A stretch of 25,720 nucleotides of DNA from an uncultured Chroococcidiopsis sp. (GTDB lineage: Bacteria > Cyanobacteriota > Cyanobacteriia > Cyanobacteriales > Chroococcidiopsidaceae). The position numbers and the translations under genes were made by a program. The stretch spans positions 1 through 25,720 of the forward strand of contig CAXTYC010000053.1 of NCBI GenBank assembly GCA_964248365.1, in the 5' to 3' direction. Position 1 is the first letter of the stretch, and the number at the start of each line of letters is the position of its first letter. Shown here piece by piece: positions 9,650-20,373 of this stretch. The notes under the pieces are model-generated. The model did no database searches, was not told where the DNA came from, and worked only from the letters and a program-made list of their open reading frames with translations.

Positions 9650-10678
9650 TTACTCCGGAGTTCGTCCCGCAACGCTTACACTCCTGACTCCTTTTAGCTG
9701 TCGCTTTCGCCATTGGTTCGTTGGTTCTAAACAACTGGTATTTTGTTCTGTTGTTCGTCGCTGGCGAATCAATTCGGCACAATCGGATAAATTTGGATCG
9801 CGGTAGGGAATAGCAGCGCGGGTGAGTAAATGCTCTTGTTCTTGTTGGGAAAGAGCAGGTAAGGCATCAGCGTTTTTGCTAGCTACTGTACCAGGCGATC
9901 GCCTCCCCACAGGTGGCGTGGAGCCAATTTTTAACCCAACTGCCATCAAAGCTGATCGCACAGCAGCAGAGGAGGAATAAGTAACTAGTCTACCATCAAA
10001 GTTTAAACACCGTGCAACTCGCTCTAAAAATTCCACAGTCCAAAGTTGAGGACAAACTGGCGGTGAAAATGGATCTAGAAAAATTGCATCAGCCTGGAAA
10101 CCCGATGCTTGTAGCACTTGAATCGTCTTTCTAGCATCACCAATTAACAGCTTTGCCTGGAGGTTATGTGTTTGTACAATGTGGGTAGTTGCTAACTGGC
10201 TCAGTATCTCAGGTATAGGTGAGTCCCAACTGTCAAGTAAGTGATGAGAGATCGCAGCTTGTGCGGAGGCAGGCTCTAACTCCAAACCAACTACTTCTAC
10301 GTGACATTTGGGGTTAGATTCCCAGATAGTTGCCAAAGCTGCCGCTGTATTATAACCCAGCCCGTAACATACATCTAACAGCCGCAGGGATTGATGTTGT
10401 TGAGCTTTCTGCTCAAGATTAGCAGGAACCGCAAACTTCAACTGGGCTTCAGTTCGCGCCCCATAATGGCTGTGAAACGCTTCGCCAAACTGAGGGGAAA
10501 AAAAGGTAAACGAACCATCTGCTGTGATTTGAGGGGCTAGAGGCTGGAGGCTAGGGGCTAGAGATGGATCGTGCAGGGGTGCAGGGACGCAGGGGTGCAG
10601 GGGAGAATTTTTATCTATATTCTCCTCTGCCCCTCTGCCCCTCTGCCCCTCTGCCCCTCTGCCCCTCTGCTTCCCCAT
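9650..10678 (-). CDS. MnmC/MnmD-like SAM-dependent tRNA methyltransferase with a repeat-derived N-terminal extension
   Basis: 'TADGSFTFFS..FGEAFHS', 'LDVCYGLGYN', 'IFLDPFSP..CPQLWT' and 'LVTYS'; ATG lies 3 nt after the gyrB stop. Confidence 0.88.
   Translation of the reverse strand: MGKQRGRGAEGQRGRGAEENIDKNSPLHPCVPAPLHDPSLAPSLQPLAPQITADGSFTFFSPQFGEAFHSHYGARTEAQLKFAVPANLEQKAQQHQSLRLLDVCYGLGYNTAAALATIWESNPKCHVEVVGLELEPASAQAAISHHLLDSWDSPIPEILSQLATTHIVQTHNLQAKLLIGDARKTIQVLQASGFQADAIFLDPFSPPVCPQLWTVEFLERVARCLNFDGRLVTYSSSAAVRSALMAVGLKIGSTPPVGRRSPGTVASKNADALPALSQQEQEHLLTRAAIPYRDPNLSDCAELIRQRRTTEQNTSCLEPTNQWRKRQLKGVRSVSVAGRTPE
10531..10670. repeat. Intragenic composite STRR: GGGGCTA-type, (GCAGGGGT)n and (CCTCTGCC)x6
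   Basis: Purine-rich and pyrimidine-rich arms around GAGAATttttatctatATTCTC. Confidence 0.9.
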
Positions 10679-10681
10679 ACC

Positions 10682-12649
<1,968 letters not shown>

Positions 12650-12754
12650 TTAATATCGCCTGGTAGTGTCTAAAATAAGAAATCACACCAAAATTATAAC
12701 ACAATAGGCTTAAAGACTGCTCTAGGGCATTCTGAAGAGCAATTTATTTTAGGG

Positions 12755-13861
12755 ATGTACCCAGCTACCTTTAGAAAGAGCTTAATTACCATTTGTGGTG
12801 CTACCGCAGTGGGTAAATCTGGTTTGGCTTTAGATATAGCACAACGACTAGAAAGTGTGATTTTTAGTGCCGATTCGCGTCAAGTTTACCGCGAGTTCAA
12901 TATTGGCACGGCTAAACCAACCTCCGCCCAGCAACAACTCGTACCTCATTATCTAATTGATATATGCGATCCGACAGAAACTCTAACAGTTGCCTCCTAC
13001 CAGCAGCAAGCCCAAGCCTTAATTGAGGGGCGAGGGGCGAGGGGCGAGCTTAGAGGGGCTGGAGAAGGAGCAGGGGAACTCCGAGTCCCCACCAAGTGGG
13101 GATTAGGGGCAAGGGGGGCTTCGGGGTCCCCACCAAGTGGGGTTGGGGGGAAGAGGGGGGCAGGGGGGAAATCTTTATCGATTCTCTCCTCTGCTCCTCT
13201 GCTCCCCTGCCCCCCTGCTCTGTTAGTAGGTGGAACTGGCTTATACATCCGTTCCATCGTTCAGGGGTTAAAGATTCCTCTGGTAGCACCTGTGGCAGAA
13301 TTGCGATCGCAACTTCTATCTCTCGGACAAACCCAACTATACGCCATGCTGCAACAAGTTGATCGAGTTGCTGCTCAAAAGATTCATGCTAATGATCCAG
13401 TCAGGACTGTTAGAGCATTAGAAGTATACTACGTCACTGGTCGCCCGATTACCGAACAGCAAGGGGAAAATCCCCCCGATTACCCAATTTTACAAATTGG
13501 TTTGGATTGTGATTCTACTGCTTTGCGCGATCGCATTACCCTGCGTACCGAACAAATGATCGCTGATGGCTTAGTCACTGAAGTGGAATATTTATGTCAA
13601 AAATATGGTTTTGACTTACCTTTGCTCAATACATTAGGTTATCAAGAAATCAAGCAATATTTAGCAGGAGATATATCATTAAATGAAGCTAAAAACTTAA
13701 CCGTTTTGCACACTCGTCAATTTGCTAAGCGGCAAAAAACTTGGTTTCGAGCCTCTCCTCAAATTGAGTGGTTTGATGCAAATAGCCCTGATTTAGTAGA
13801 ACAGGTTTGGCAGCGAGTGCAAGAATTTTGTGTTGAATGTTGTGGTAATATAGAAAAGTAG
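12755..13861 (+). CDS. miaA: tRNA dimethylallyltransferase with a ~60-aa in-frame repeat-derived insertion
   Basis: 'GATAVGKS', 'SADSRQVY..FNIGTAKP', 'VGGTGLY', 'RALEV' and 'TRQFAKRQKTWF'. Confidence 0.95.
   Translation: MYPATFRKSLITICGATAVGKSGLALDIAQRLESVIFSADSRQVYREFNIGTAKPTSAQQQLVPHYLIDICDPTETLTVASYQQQAQALIEGRGARGELRGAGEGAGELRVPTKWGLGARGASGSPPSGVGGKRGAGGKSLSILSSAPLLPCPPALLVGGTGLYIRSIVQGLKIPLVAPVAELRSQLLSLGQTQLYAMLQQVDRVAAQKIHANDPVRTVRALEVYYVTGRPITEQQGENPPDYPILQIGLDCDSTALRDRITLRTEQMIADGLVTEVEYLCQKYGFDLPLLNTLGYQEIKQYLAGDISLNEAKNLTVLHTRQFAKRQKTWFRASPQIEWFDANSPDLVEQVWQRVQEFCVECCGNIEK
13025..13220. repeat. In-frame STRR/palindrome insertion within miaA
   Basis: (GAGGGGC)x3, two copies of GTCCCCACCAAGTGGGG (13085-13101 and 13126-13142), and a pyrimidine-rich (CTCTGCTC)-type arm. 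Confidence 0.85.
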
Positions 13862-13951
13862 CAGTAAAGCTACAAAAACACAGCTAAGTATGTGCTTACA
13901 AACAAATTATTATTCTTTAAAAACAGTAATTTTAAACCGTTCATCAAAACA

Positions 13952-14686
13952 ATGAGCAATAAAATGGCAAGATTTTTTATTTTCACGCTGTTCAATATTT
14001 TGTTTTTGTTGCTTGTGATTGGATTTATTGCTAAAAGAGGTAGATTTTCCTATTTAAATCAAAAATTTGAAACTGTGAATTCTAAAAAACAAGCTATTCA
14101 AGCTGAACCTACCTACCTTCATCAAACTAGTCTGTTTCAAATCCTGCCGGAATCTAACTCTGAGATTGTGTTTTTGGGAGATAGTATAACTGAGCAATGC
14201 GAATGGGCAGAATTACTAGAAAATACAAATATCAAAAATCGTGGTATTTCTGGTGACACAACCAATGGAATCTTGAATCGACTAGATGATATATTAGAGT
14301 CAAAACCAAAGGAAATTTTTTTGATGATAGGGATAAATGATTTTTTCCATTATCATAAGTCAGCAGAGCAAATATTTGAAGAATACCAAAAAATTATTGC
14401 TAAAATTCGCAATTTTTCTCCAAGTACAAAATTATTTATTCAAAGCGTCTTGCCTGTAAATAAAACAAAATTTCGTGTAAATGTTAATAATAACGATATA
14501 ATTAAATTAAATTTATATTTAAGAGAAATAGCACAATCAGATTCTGTGCAATACATAGATTTGTTTTCTCGTTTGTCAGACTCCCAAAATCAATTAGATT
14601 CCCGTTACACTTTGGATGGATTGCATTTGAATCGTCAAGCGTACTCGGTTTGGAAAAAAACTATTGGAAAATATATAGCTAATTAG
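13952..14686 (+). CDS. SGNH/GDSL hydrolase with an N-terminal membrane anchor
   Basis: Blocks 'FLGDSIT', 'NRGISG', 'IGIND' and 'DGLHLN'; AT-rich. ATG at 13952 preferred over GTG at 13892. Confidence 0.9.
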   Translation: MSNKMARFFIFTLFNILFLLLVIGFIAKRGRFSYLNQKFETVNSKKQAIQAEPTYLHQTSLFQILPESNSEIVFLGDSITEQCEWAELLENTNIKNRGISGDTTNGILNRLDDILESKPKEIFLMIGINDFFHYHKSAEQIFEEYQKIIAKIRNFSPSTKLFIQSVLPVNKTKFRVNVNNNDIIKLNLYLREIAQSDSVQYIDLFSRLSDSQNQLDSRYTLDGLHLNRQAYSVWKKTIGKYIAN

Positions 14687-14872
14687 CGATATAATTTATT
14701 TTTGAATGAACCGAGGACTTGACAAACACAGGTCGAGAAAGTATAGAGCGCGATCGCCTCTTCCCAACTTAGCTTGCAGTTATCGCAACAAAATTTTTAC
14801 CTAATTGCAACTTACTTCCTACTTGGTTGTAGTTTCTGTAACAATATTGTGTAAGAGCAGTCATAGTACGCC

Positions 14873-15235
14873 ATGACAGACACAGCCATCAGCATCCCTC
14901 AAACTGACATTGAATTGCTTGAGCAGTTGTACACCTTCCGAGGACGAACCGAAGTCTTGCAGTTTCTGGCTAAGTATCCCTTTCTGGTTCCCGTCTTGCT
15001 GGAAGCACCAGAGAAGATTCGCCAGTACTTTCCTGATTCTGGGCTATTTCTGGAAGTTATACCAGATCCAGAAACTCCTGACTGGGTACATTTGGTACTA
15101 TCTATTCTGATGAAGCTTGATCCAGATGATGCAGTTGACGGGCTTAATCAGCTGGACTGGAATTGGGGGATACATAACTCATATGAGGTACAAAGTAAGT
15201 TTTTTACCACTTTAGAATACCCAGATGAGTTTTGA
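14873..15235 (+). CDS. Hypothetical protein; probable partner (antitoxin-like) of the downstream HEPN gene
   Basis: 120-aa acidic ORF overlapping the start of a HEPN-like gene by 11 nt; function inferred from context only. Confidence 0.6.
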   Translation: MTDTAISIPQTDIELLEQLYTFRGRTEVLQFLAKYPFLVPVLLEAPEKIRQYFPDSGLFLEVIPDPETPDWVHLVLSILMKLDPDDAVDGLNQLDWNWGIHNSYEVQSKFFTTLEYPDEF

Positions 15236-15601
15236 CGGGTCACAGTATCTCAATGTAGCCAGAGAACTGGCAGGTACTGCGACTACTCCTGCCAATCAAG
15301 AAGCTAAATTGCGTGCTGCTATCAGTCGGGGGTACTATGCAGCTTTTATTAACGCCCGAAACCATTTACGCGATAAAGAGGGAATATTAATTCCGAGGAC
15401 AAGTGCTGCTCATAAATATGTTAGCGATCAGTTTGAGTGTAGCTCTGATACTAATGTCAATCGTTAGGAAAAAAACTGCTAAGGTTGCGAGACTTTCGCA
15501 GGCAAGCAGATTATGTCGATATATTCCCTGGATTAACTGGTATTACACAAACAGCTTTAAGATTATCACAGGAAGTAATTTCAACTTTGAACAACCTGTA
15601 A
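15225..15601 (+). pseudogene. HEPN-domain (UPF0332-like) protein, frameshifted near 15456
   Basis: 'AISRGYYAAF..AR' in the first frame; continues in another frame as 'SLGKKLLRLRDFRRQADY...LNNL*'. Adding one base restores a 125-aa ORF. Confidence 0.8.
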
Positions 15602-15656
15602 ATTAAACCTTTTTATCTACATTTGAATACCCATTTTGACTTGTGAGGAATTACCA

Positions 15657-17126
15657 ATGCTGATGCAAGATAAAAAACAACGCAACTGGAAACCAATTAT
15701 CAAACAATTTGAAGCAGTATTAGGGAAAAATAGCGTAGTACAAAGCCGAGAGGAATTAATTACTTATGAGTGTGATGGCTTAACCAGCTATCGTCAACGT
15801 CCTGGTTTAGTTGTGTTGCCAAGAACCACAGAACAAGTGGCAGAAGTGGTGAAGATATGCGATCGCAACAACATCCCCTTCATTGCGCGTGGTGCTGGTA
15901 CTGGTTTATCTGGCGGCGCACTACCAACAGAAGAGTGTGTATTGATTGTAACCGCCATGATGCGGCAAATCCTTAACATAGATTTGGAAAATCAGCAAGT
16001 TGTCGTACAACCAGGAATAATTAACAACTGGGTAACACAAGCCGTCAGTGGTGCAGGATTCTATTATGCCCCTGATCCTTCCAGCCAAATCATTTGTTCG
16101 ATTGGTGGTAACGTGGCTGAAAACTCCGGCGGGGTACACTGCCTTAAATATGGCGTGACGACAAATCATGTCCTAGGATTAAAACTAGTGCTGCCTGATG
16201 GTTCAATCGTCGATGTAGGCGGAGAAATCCCCGAAATGCCAGGTTATGATCTTACAGGTGTATTTGTTGGTTCCGAAGGTACACTAGGTATCGCTACAGA
16301 AATTACGCTGCGAATTCTCAAAACAGCCGAATCTATCTGCGTTCTCTTAGCAGATTTTACCAGCATTGAAGCCGCTGGGGCGGCAGTTTCTGACATCATC
16401 AGTGCGGGGATTCTTCCTGCTGGGATGGAGATGATGGACAACTTCAGTATCAACGCGGTAGAAGATGTAGTAGCAACAGGTTGTTATCCCAGAGATGCCG
16501 CAGCCATTTTGTTAGTAGAAATAGACGGCTTAGCAATAGAAGTTGCTGAGAATAAACAGCGAATTGCCACCATTTGTAAACAGAATGGAGCCAGGAACAT
16601 TACCACTGCTAATGATCCAGAAACTCGTTTGAAGTTATGGAAAGGGCGTAAAGCAGCATTTGCCGCAGCTGGTAATCTAAGCCCCGATTATTATGTACAA
16701 GATGGAGTAATTCCCCGTACTCAGTTACCCTTTGTGTTACAAGAAATAGAGAATTTAAGCCAGCAATACGGTTATCGCATTGCCAATGTTTTCCATGCTG
16801 GAGATGGTAATTTGCACCCACTGATTCTTTATGATAATTCCGTCCCAGGAGCGCTAGAGCAAGTAGAAGAATTAGGGGGAGAAATTCTCAAACTTTGCGT
16901 AAAAGTAGGTGGTAGTATTTCTGGAGAACATGGTATCGGTGCAGATAAAAAATGTTATATGCCCGATATGTTCAGCCCATCAGATTTAGAAACAATGCAA
17001 TATCTCAGGCAAGCATTTAATCCCAAAGGTTTAGCTAATCCTGGTAAAATATTTCCTACCCCTCGCACTTGTGGCGAAGCAGCAAATGTGCCTCAAAAGC
17101 ACTTTGAGGGAGTCGAGCGTTTCTAA
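15657..17126 (+). CDS. glcD: Glycolate oxidase/dehydrogenase FAD-binding subunit GlcD
   Basis: 'RGAGTGLSGG', 'YAPDPSSQ..CSIGGNVAENSGG.HCLKYG', 'FHAGDGNLHP', 'GEHGIG' and 'NPGK'; GAGGA RBS before the ATG at 15657. Confidence 0.95.
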   Translation: MLMQDKKQRNWKPIIKQFEAVLGKNSVVQSREELITYECDGLTSYRQRPGLVVLPRTTEQVAEVVKICDRNNIPFIARGAGTGLSGGALPTEECVLIVTAMMRQILNIDLENQQVVVQPGIINNWVTQAVSGAGFYYAPDPSSQIICSIGGNVAENSGGVHCLKYGVTTNHVLGLKLVLPDGSIVDVGGEIPEMPGYDLTGVFVGSEGTLGIATEITLRILKTAESICVLLADFTSIEAAGAAVSDIISAGILPAGMEMMDNFSINAVEDVVATGCYPRDAAAILLVEIDGLAIEVAENKQRIATICKQNGARNITTANDPETRLKLWKGRKAAFAAAGNLSPDYYVQDGVIPRTQLPFVLQEIENLSQQYGYRIANVFHAGDGNLHPLILYDNSVPGALEQVEELGGEILKLCVKVGGSISGEHGIGADKKCYMPDMFSPSDLETMQYLRQAFNPKGLANPGKIFPTPRTCGEAANVPQKHFEGVERF

Positions 17127-17148
17127 TTAGACGAGGCTGAGCTATCTA

Positions 17149-17343
17149 CTAGTTCCACAGCTATCGCCCAATACTTCTCGGATAGGAGCCTAACCCTTAG
17201 AGATCCCCCTTAATCCCCCTTTATAAGGGGGATTAAGGGGCTATTTTCAGCAGGGGTTTTTAACCCCTGTTGGGGGGATCGAATCAAAACCTGCGAAGTA
17301 TTGAGCTATCGCCTAGGAACTAGCAATGCTGGCTCTGCCTGCT
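17149..17343. repeat. Degenerate REP-like unit downstream of the RAYT fragment, interrupted by a MITE
   Basis: With the MITE removed the minus strand reads CAGGCAGAGCCA...GTTCCTAGGCgatagCTGTGGAACTAG, resembling the GGCAGAGCC / GTTCC..GGAAC REP type; stem CTAGTTCC/GGAACTAG. Confidence 0.55.
17169..17303. mobile_element. 135-bp MITE (IS4-type, Nezha-like) with a 10-bp target-site duplication
   Basis: TIRs CAATACTTC.../...GAAGTATTG; direct repeat AGCTATCGCC at 17159-17168 and 17304-17313; internal perfect 16-bp hairpin at 17206-17240. Confidence 0.88.
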
Positions 17344-17349
17344 ATCGGC

Positions 17350-17568
17350 TCACAAATCAATCAATACCTGCAATAACCCTAGCTGCTCCATATAATTACG
17401 GTAACTCGAATACTGCCAGTGTGCCGGATCGTCTACATAGCCACTTTTAACTGGATTATTGTGAATATAGTCCAGCTTTTTTCGGAATATTTCCGCATTC
17501 AAAATAGCTTGCGGGTGAAATCTTTCTTGTCAAAGCTGTTATTCTTGGTCTGTTTTGTGTTTGAGTTT
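17350..17568 (-). pseudogene. REP-associated tyrosine transposase (RAYT, HUH/Y1), C-terminal fragment
   Basis: Manual translation KLKHKTDQE*QL*QERFHPQAI...KLDYIHNNPVKSGYVDDPAHWQYSSYRNY...; YIxxNPV and WxYSS motifs, two in-frame stops. Confidence 0.85.
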
Positions 17569-17698
17569 TTGACGTTCCCGCCGACCCTTCGGGGGATTCC
17601 TAATTCAACGAGTCCACTTGCTTAAAGCTCCTTGCGGTACTTTAAGTAGAGGTGGTTCTCTCCAAAGGCTTTAACTTTCCCTGCGCCCCAGGGTAGTT
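17569..17698 (-). ncRNA. IS200/IS605 right end with a TnpB omega-RNA (reRNA)-like scaffold; no tnpB present
   Basis: ACCCTG-GGGCG-CAGGG stem; GCCTTTGGAGAG..CCAC..CTTAAAG..CC-GCAA-GG..CTTTAAG..GTGGACTCGTTGAA..GGAATCCCC; terminal hairpin, then GTCAA. Confidence 0.75.
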
Positions 17699-17724
17699 GT
17701 ATTTCTACAAAGTTTGTTTGTTTT

Positions 17725-17754
17725 AGTACTAATCATACTAAGTACTGATGTCCA
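17725..17754 (-). promoter_or_regulatory. Candidate -10 element (TATGAT) flanked by AGTACT palindromes / LexA-like box
   Basis: TATGAT at 17737-17732 (minus); AGTACT-N10-AGTACT; AGTAC-TGAT-GTCC is one mismatch from the cyanobacterial LexA consensus RGTAC-N4-GTWC. Confidence 0.35.
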
Positions 17755-18232
17755 GTTCCTGTGAATCTTTTACCTACTTTCAAAATGTGCAACCTACAGT
17801 TACACGACTGAAACAACAAAGTAGAACCAGCTAGATTCAATTGTTAAGGTGCAGCGTTTAACCGTTTAGGTTACTAGGTTTTTTAAGAGGTTGATTACCT
17901 TTTTTCTGTGCCTAATTATACGTTAAGTAGCATGAGAAGTAAAGTCCCTGTTTGCGATTCATACCCCGAAAATTTGGGGGTCTTCTCGCGGTTGAAAGAT
18001 AAAATTTAAGCTGATTAAGATAATAGTTAAATTCGTTTTGTATAAATTGTACTAATTTTCTGTGTCAAAAAGATTCTGTGATTGCTACCTACGAGATTGT
18101 TAGGTACAGCCTTCTACATACGAGATCGACTTGCAACAGGTATTACTCGATATAATTTATCAGCACGATTGGGAAGACTAATATAGTAGAGCGATCGCGC
18201 TCATTGCCCGATTGGTTCTAAAGGATGCTGTA

Positions 18233-20373
18233 ATGTCTCGAAACGAAGCTAATACTAGAAAGGATTTAATTGATCGGGCGTTAGAAACAGCAGGATGGAA
18301 TTTAAAAGAGCCAGACCAAGTGGGGATTGAAATTCCAGTCGATGGGTATGATGCAGAACCTTGGAATGGAGTCACAGACTACTGCCTGTATCAACCTAAC
18401 GGTGAAGTAATTGCCGTTGTAGAGGCAAAGCGACAAAGCCGCGATCCCAGAGTGGCACAGCAGCAGGTGAGGCACTATGTAACTGAAATTGAAAAGCACC
18501 AGAGTTTTCGTCCCTTTGCTTTTATGAGCAATGGAGATCAGACGTTTTTCTGGGACATAGGTAACGAAAATAAGCGTCAAGTAGCTGGTTTTTTCTCCCT
18601 AAGAGACTTGCAGAATTTACTCTACATCCGCCAGAACAAAATTACCCTGCAACAGTTGAGCGTCAATCTGTCCATTGCTGGACGGACATATCAACAGGAA
18701 GCAATAGGGCGAGTTAGCGAACGATTTGACCTGGGACATCGACGGGCGTTGGTAGTCATGGCGACGGGAACGGGAAAGACTCGCACCATAATGGCATTAA
18801 TTGAATTGTTTCTCAGAGCCAACCAAGCGCGAACTGTGCTTTTTTAGCAGATCGGGATGCTCTTGTCAAGCAGGCGCTAGACGAAAATTTTAAGGTTTAT
18901 TTACCCAGCGAACCACGCGATCGCATTCGTACTTACAATATTGATTACAGCAAACGGCTGTATGTAGGGACGCTGCAAACCTTAGTCAAGTGCTGCAAAA
19001 AGTTTACCTGTGGCTTCTTTGACTTGGTGATTTTCGACGAGAGCCATCGCTCAATTTATAATCAGTTGGGCGAGGTAGTAGAATATTTCGATGCGCGGAT
19101 TATCGGACTAACAGCAACGCCAGCTGATTTTATCGAGCGCAATACCTTTCAAGTCTTTCACTGCTTTGATGGCGTTCCCACTTTTGCTTATCCTTACCGC
19201 CAAGCGGTTGAAGAAGGTTATCTGGTAGATTACAGCCTTTATCAAGCACGGACTCGCTTTCAACGGAGGGAATTCGGGGCGCAAACCTATCGGAAGAAGA
19301 CCGCAATACGTTGATCGAGCAAGGACTTGACCCCGACGAGATTGACTATGAAGGGACACAGTTAGAGCGCACGGTTAGCAATAAGGATACCCTGCGGCAA
19401 CAGTGGGCAGAAATTATGGAAGTTTGCCTCAAGGACGAATCGGGGCAGTATCCAGGTAAGACAATTGTATTTGCAGTCAGTCAAAATCAGGCACTGCGTC
19501 TAGCAAAGGTGTTTGAGGAAATGTATCCCCAGTATCTTGACATGGTGCAGGTGATTACGTCTGAAATGGAACGCACTAACGATCTGATCGATCGCTTCAA
19601 AAAAGAGAATATGCCCCGCATAGGGATCGATTGCAGTGGATGTTAGCCATTTGCCAGACTTTGTTTATCAAGACTCCCAGTGTCAAGACTCGATAAATCT
19701 TTGCCTTTCAGCTAGATTAGGCACGGCTACGCCAGAGGAATTAAATCGAGCGATCGCTAACTTAGCAAGTCAAATGAAGAATCGACGGGAACGCCCCAGT
19801 TCTTTTATTGAAATTGACTTGATGGATCGAATTGCCTCATGTGGTTACATCACTTTAGGGCAAGGGGGAGAGCGGATTTATGTGGAAGAATACCGTCAAC
19901 GGGTTGAGAGTAAAGTGTTAGAAATTGTGGAGACTCATCCTACTGTTACGGCAATTCGTAACGGGGAAGTCCCTACAGACGTGCAACTGGCGGCGTTAGA
20001 GCGTACCCTACGGCAGGAGTTGGGTGGGGGAAACGTGCAGTTATCAGAGTCAAATATTCGTAAGGCGTTTAATCTTAAGGTGAATAGTTTGCTGTCGTTT
20101 GTGCGGGAGTTGTTGGAGATTGAGGCCCTGCCGGATTATCAGGAGGTGGTGAAGCGAAATTTTGAGGAGTATATTGCCCAGCATCCATTCAACGCTAATC
20201 AGATTCGGTTTTTACGAGCTGTACAAAATGTGTTTTTACAGAAGCGGCGGTTAGAGGTAGCGGATTTGTATGAAGAACCCTTAGATCGGTTTGGGGAGGA
20301 TGCTGTAGAGCGGTGGTTTAGTGAGAAAGAGGTGGATGAGTTGATTGAATTTACAAAGCAGTTGGCAGCTTAG
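18233..20373 (+). pseudogene. hsdR: Type I restriction enzyme R subunit (EcoAI/EcoEI-like), fragmented
   Basis: 'NEANTRKDLID', nuclease 'VVEAKR', Walker A 'MATGTGKT', 'DESHRS', 'GLTATP', 'GKTIVFA' and an EcoEI-type C-terminus. Frameshifts at ~18843 and ~19269; internal deletion near 19625. Confidence 0.9.

Noticed and set aside
12997..13362. Short alternative ORFs over the miaA insertion; intein hypothesis
   Set aside because: These are repeat-derived shadow ORFs; the insert lacks intein C/S...HN termini and is too short
17419..17625. 68-aa plus-strand ORF
   Set aside because: Antisense shadow of the RAYT fragment and the IS end
18104..18181. Possible gene tail 'VQPSTYEIDLQQVLLDIIYQHDWED*' before hsdR
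   Set aside because: Too short to assign; no start codon or recognisable family
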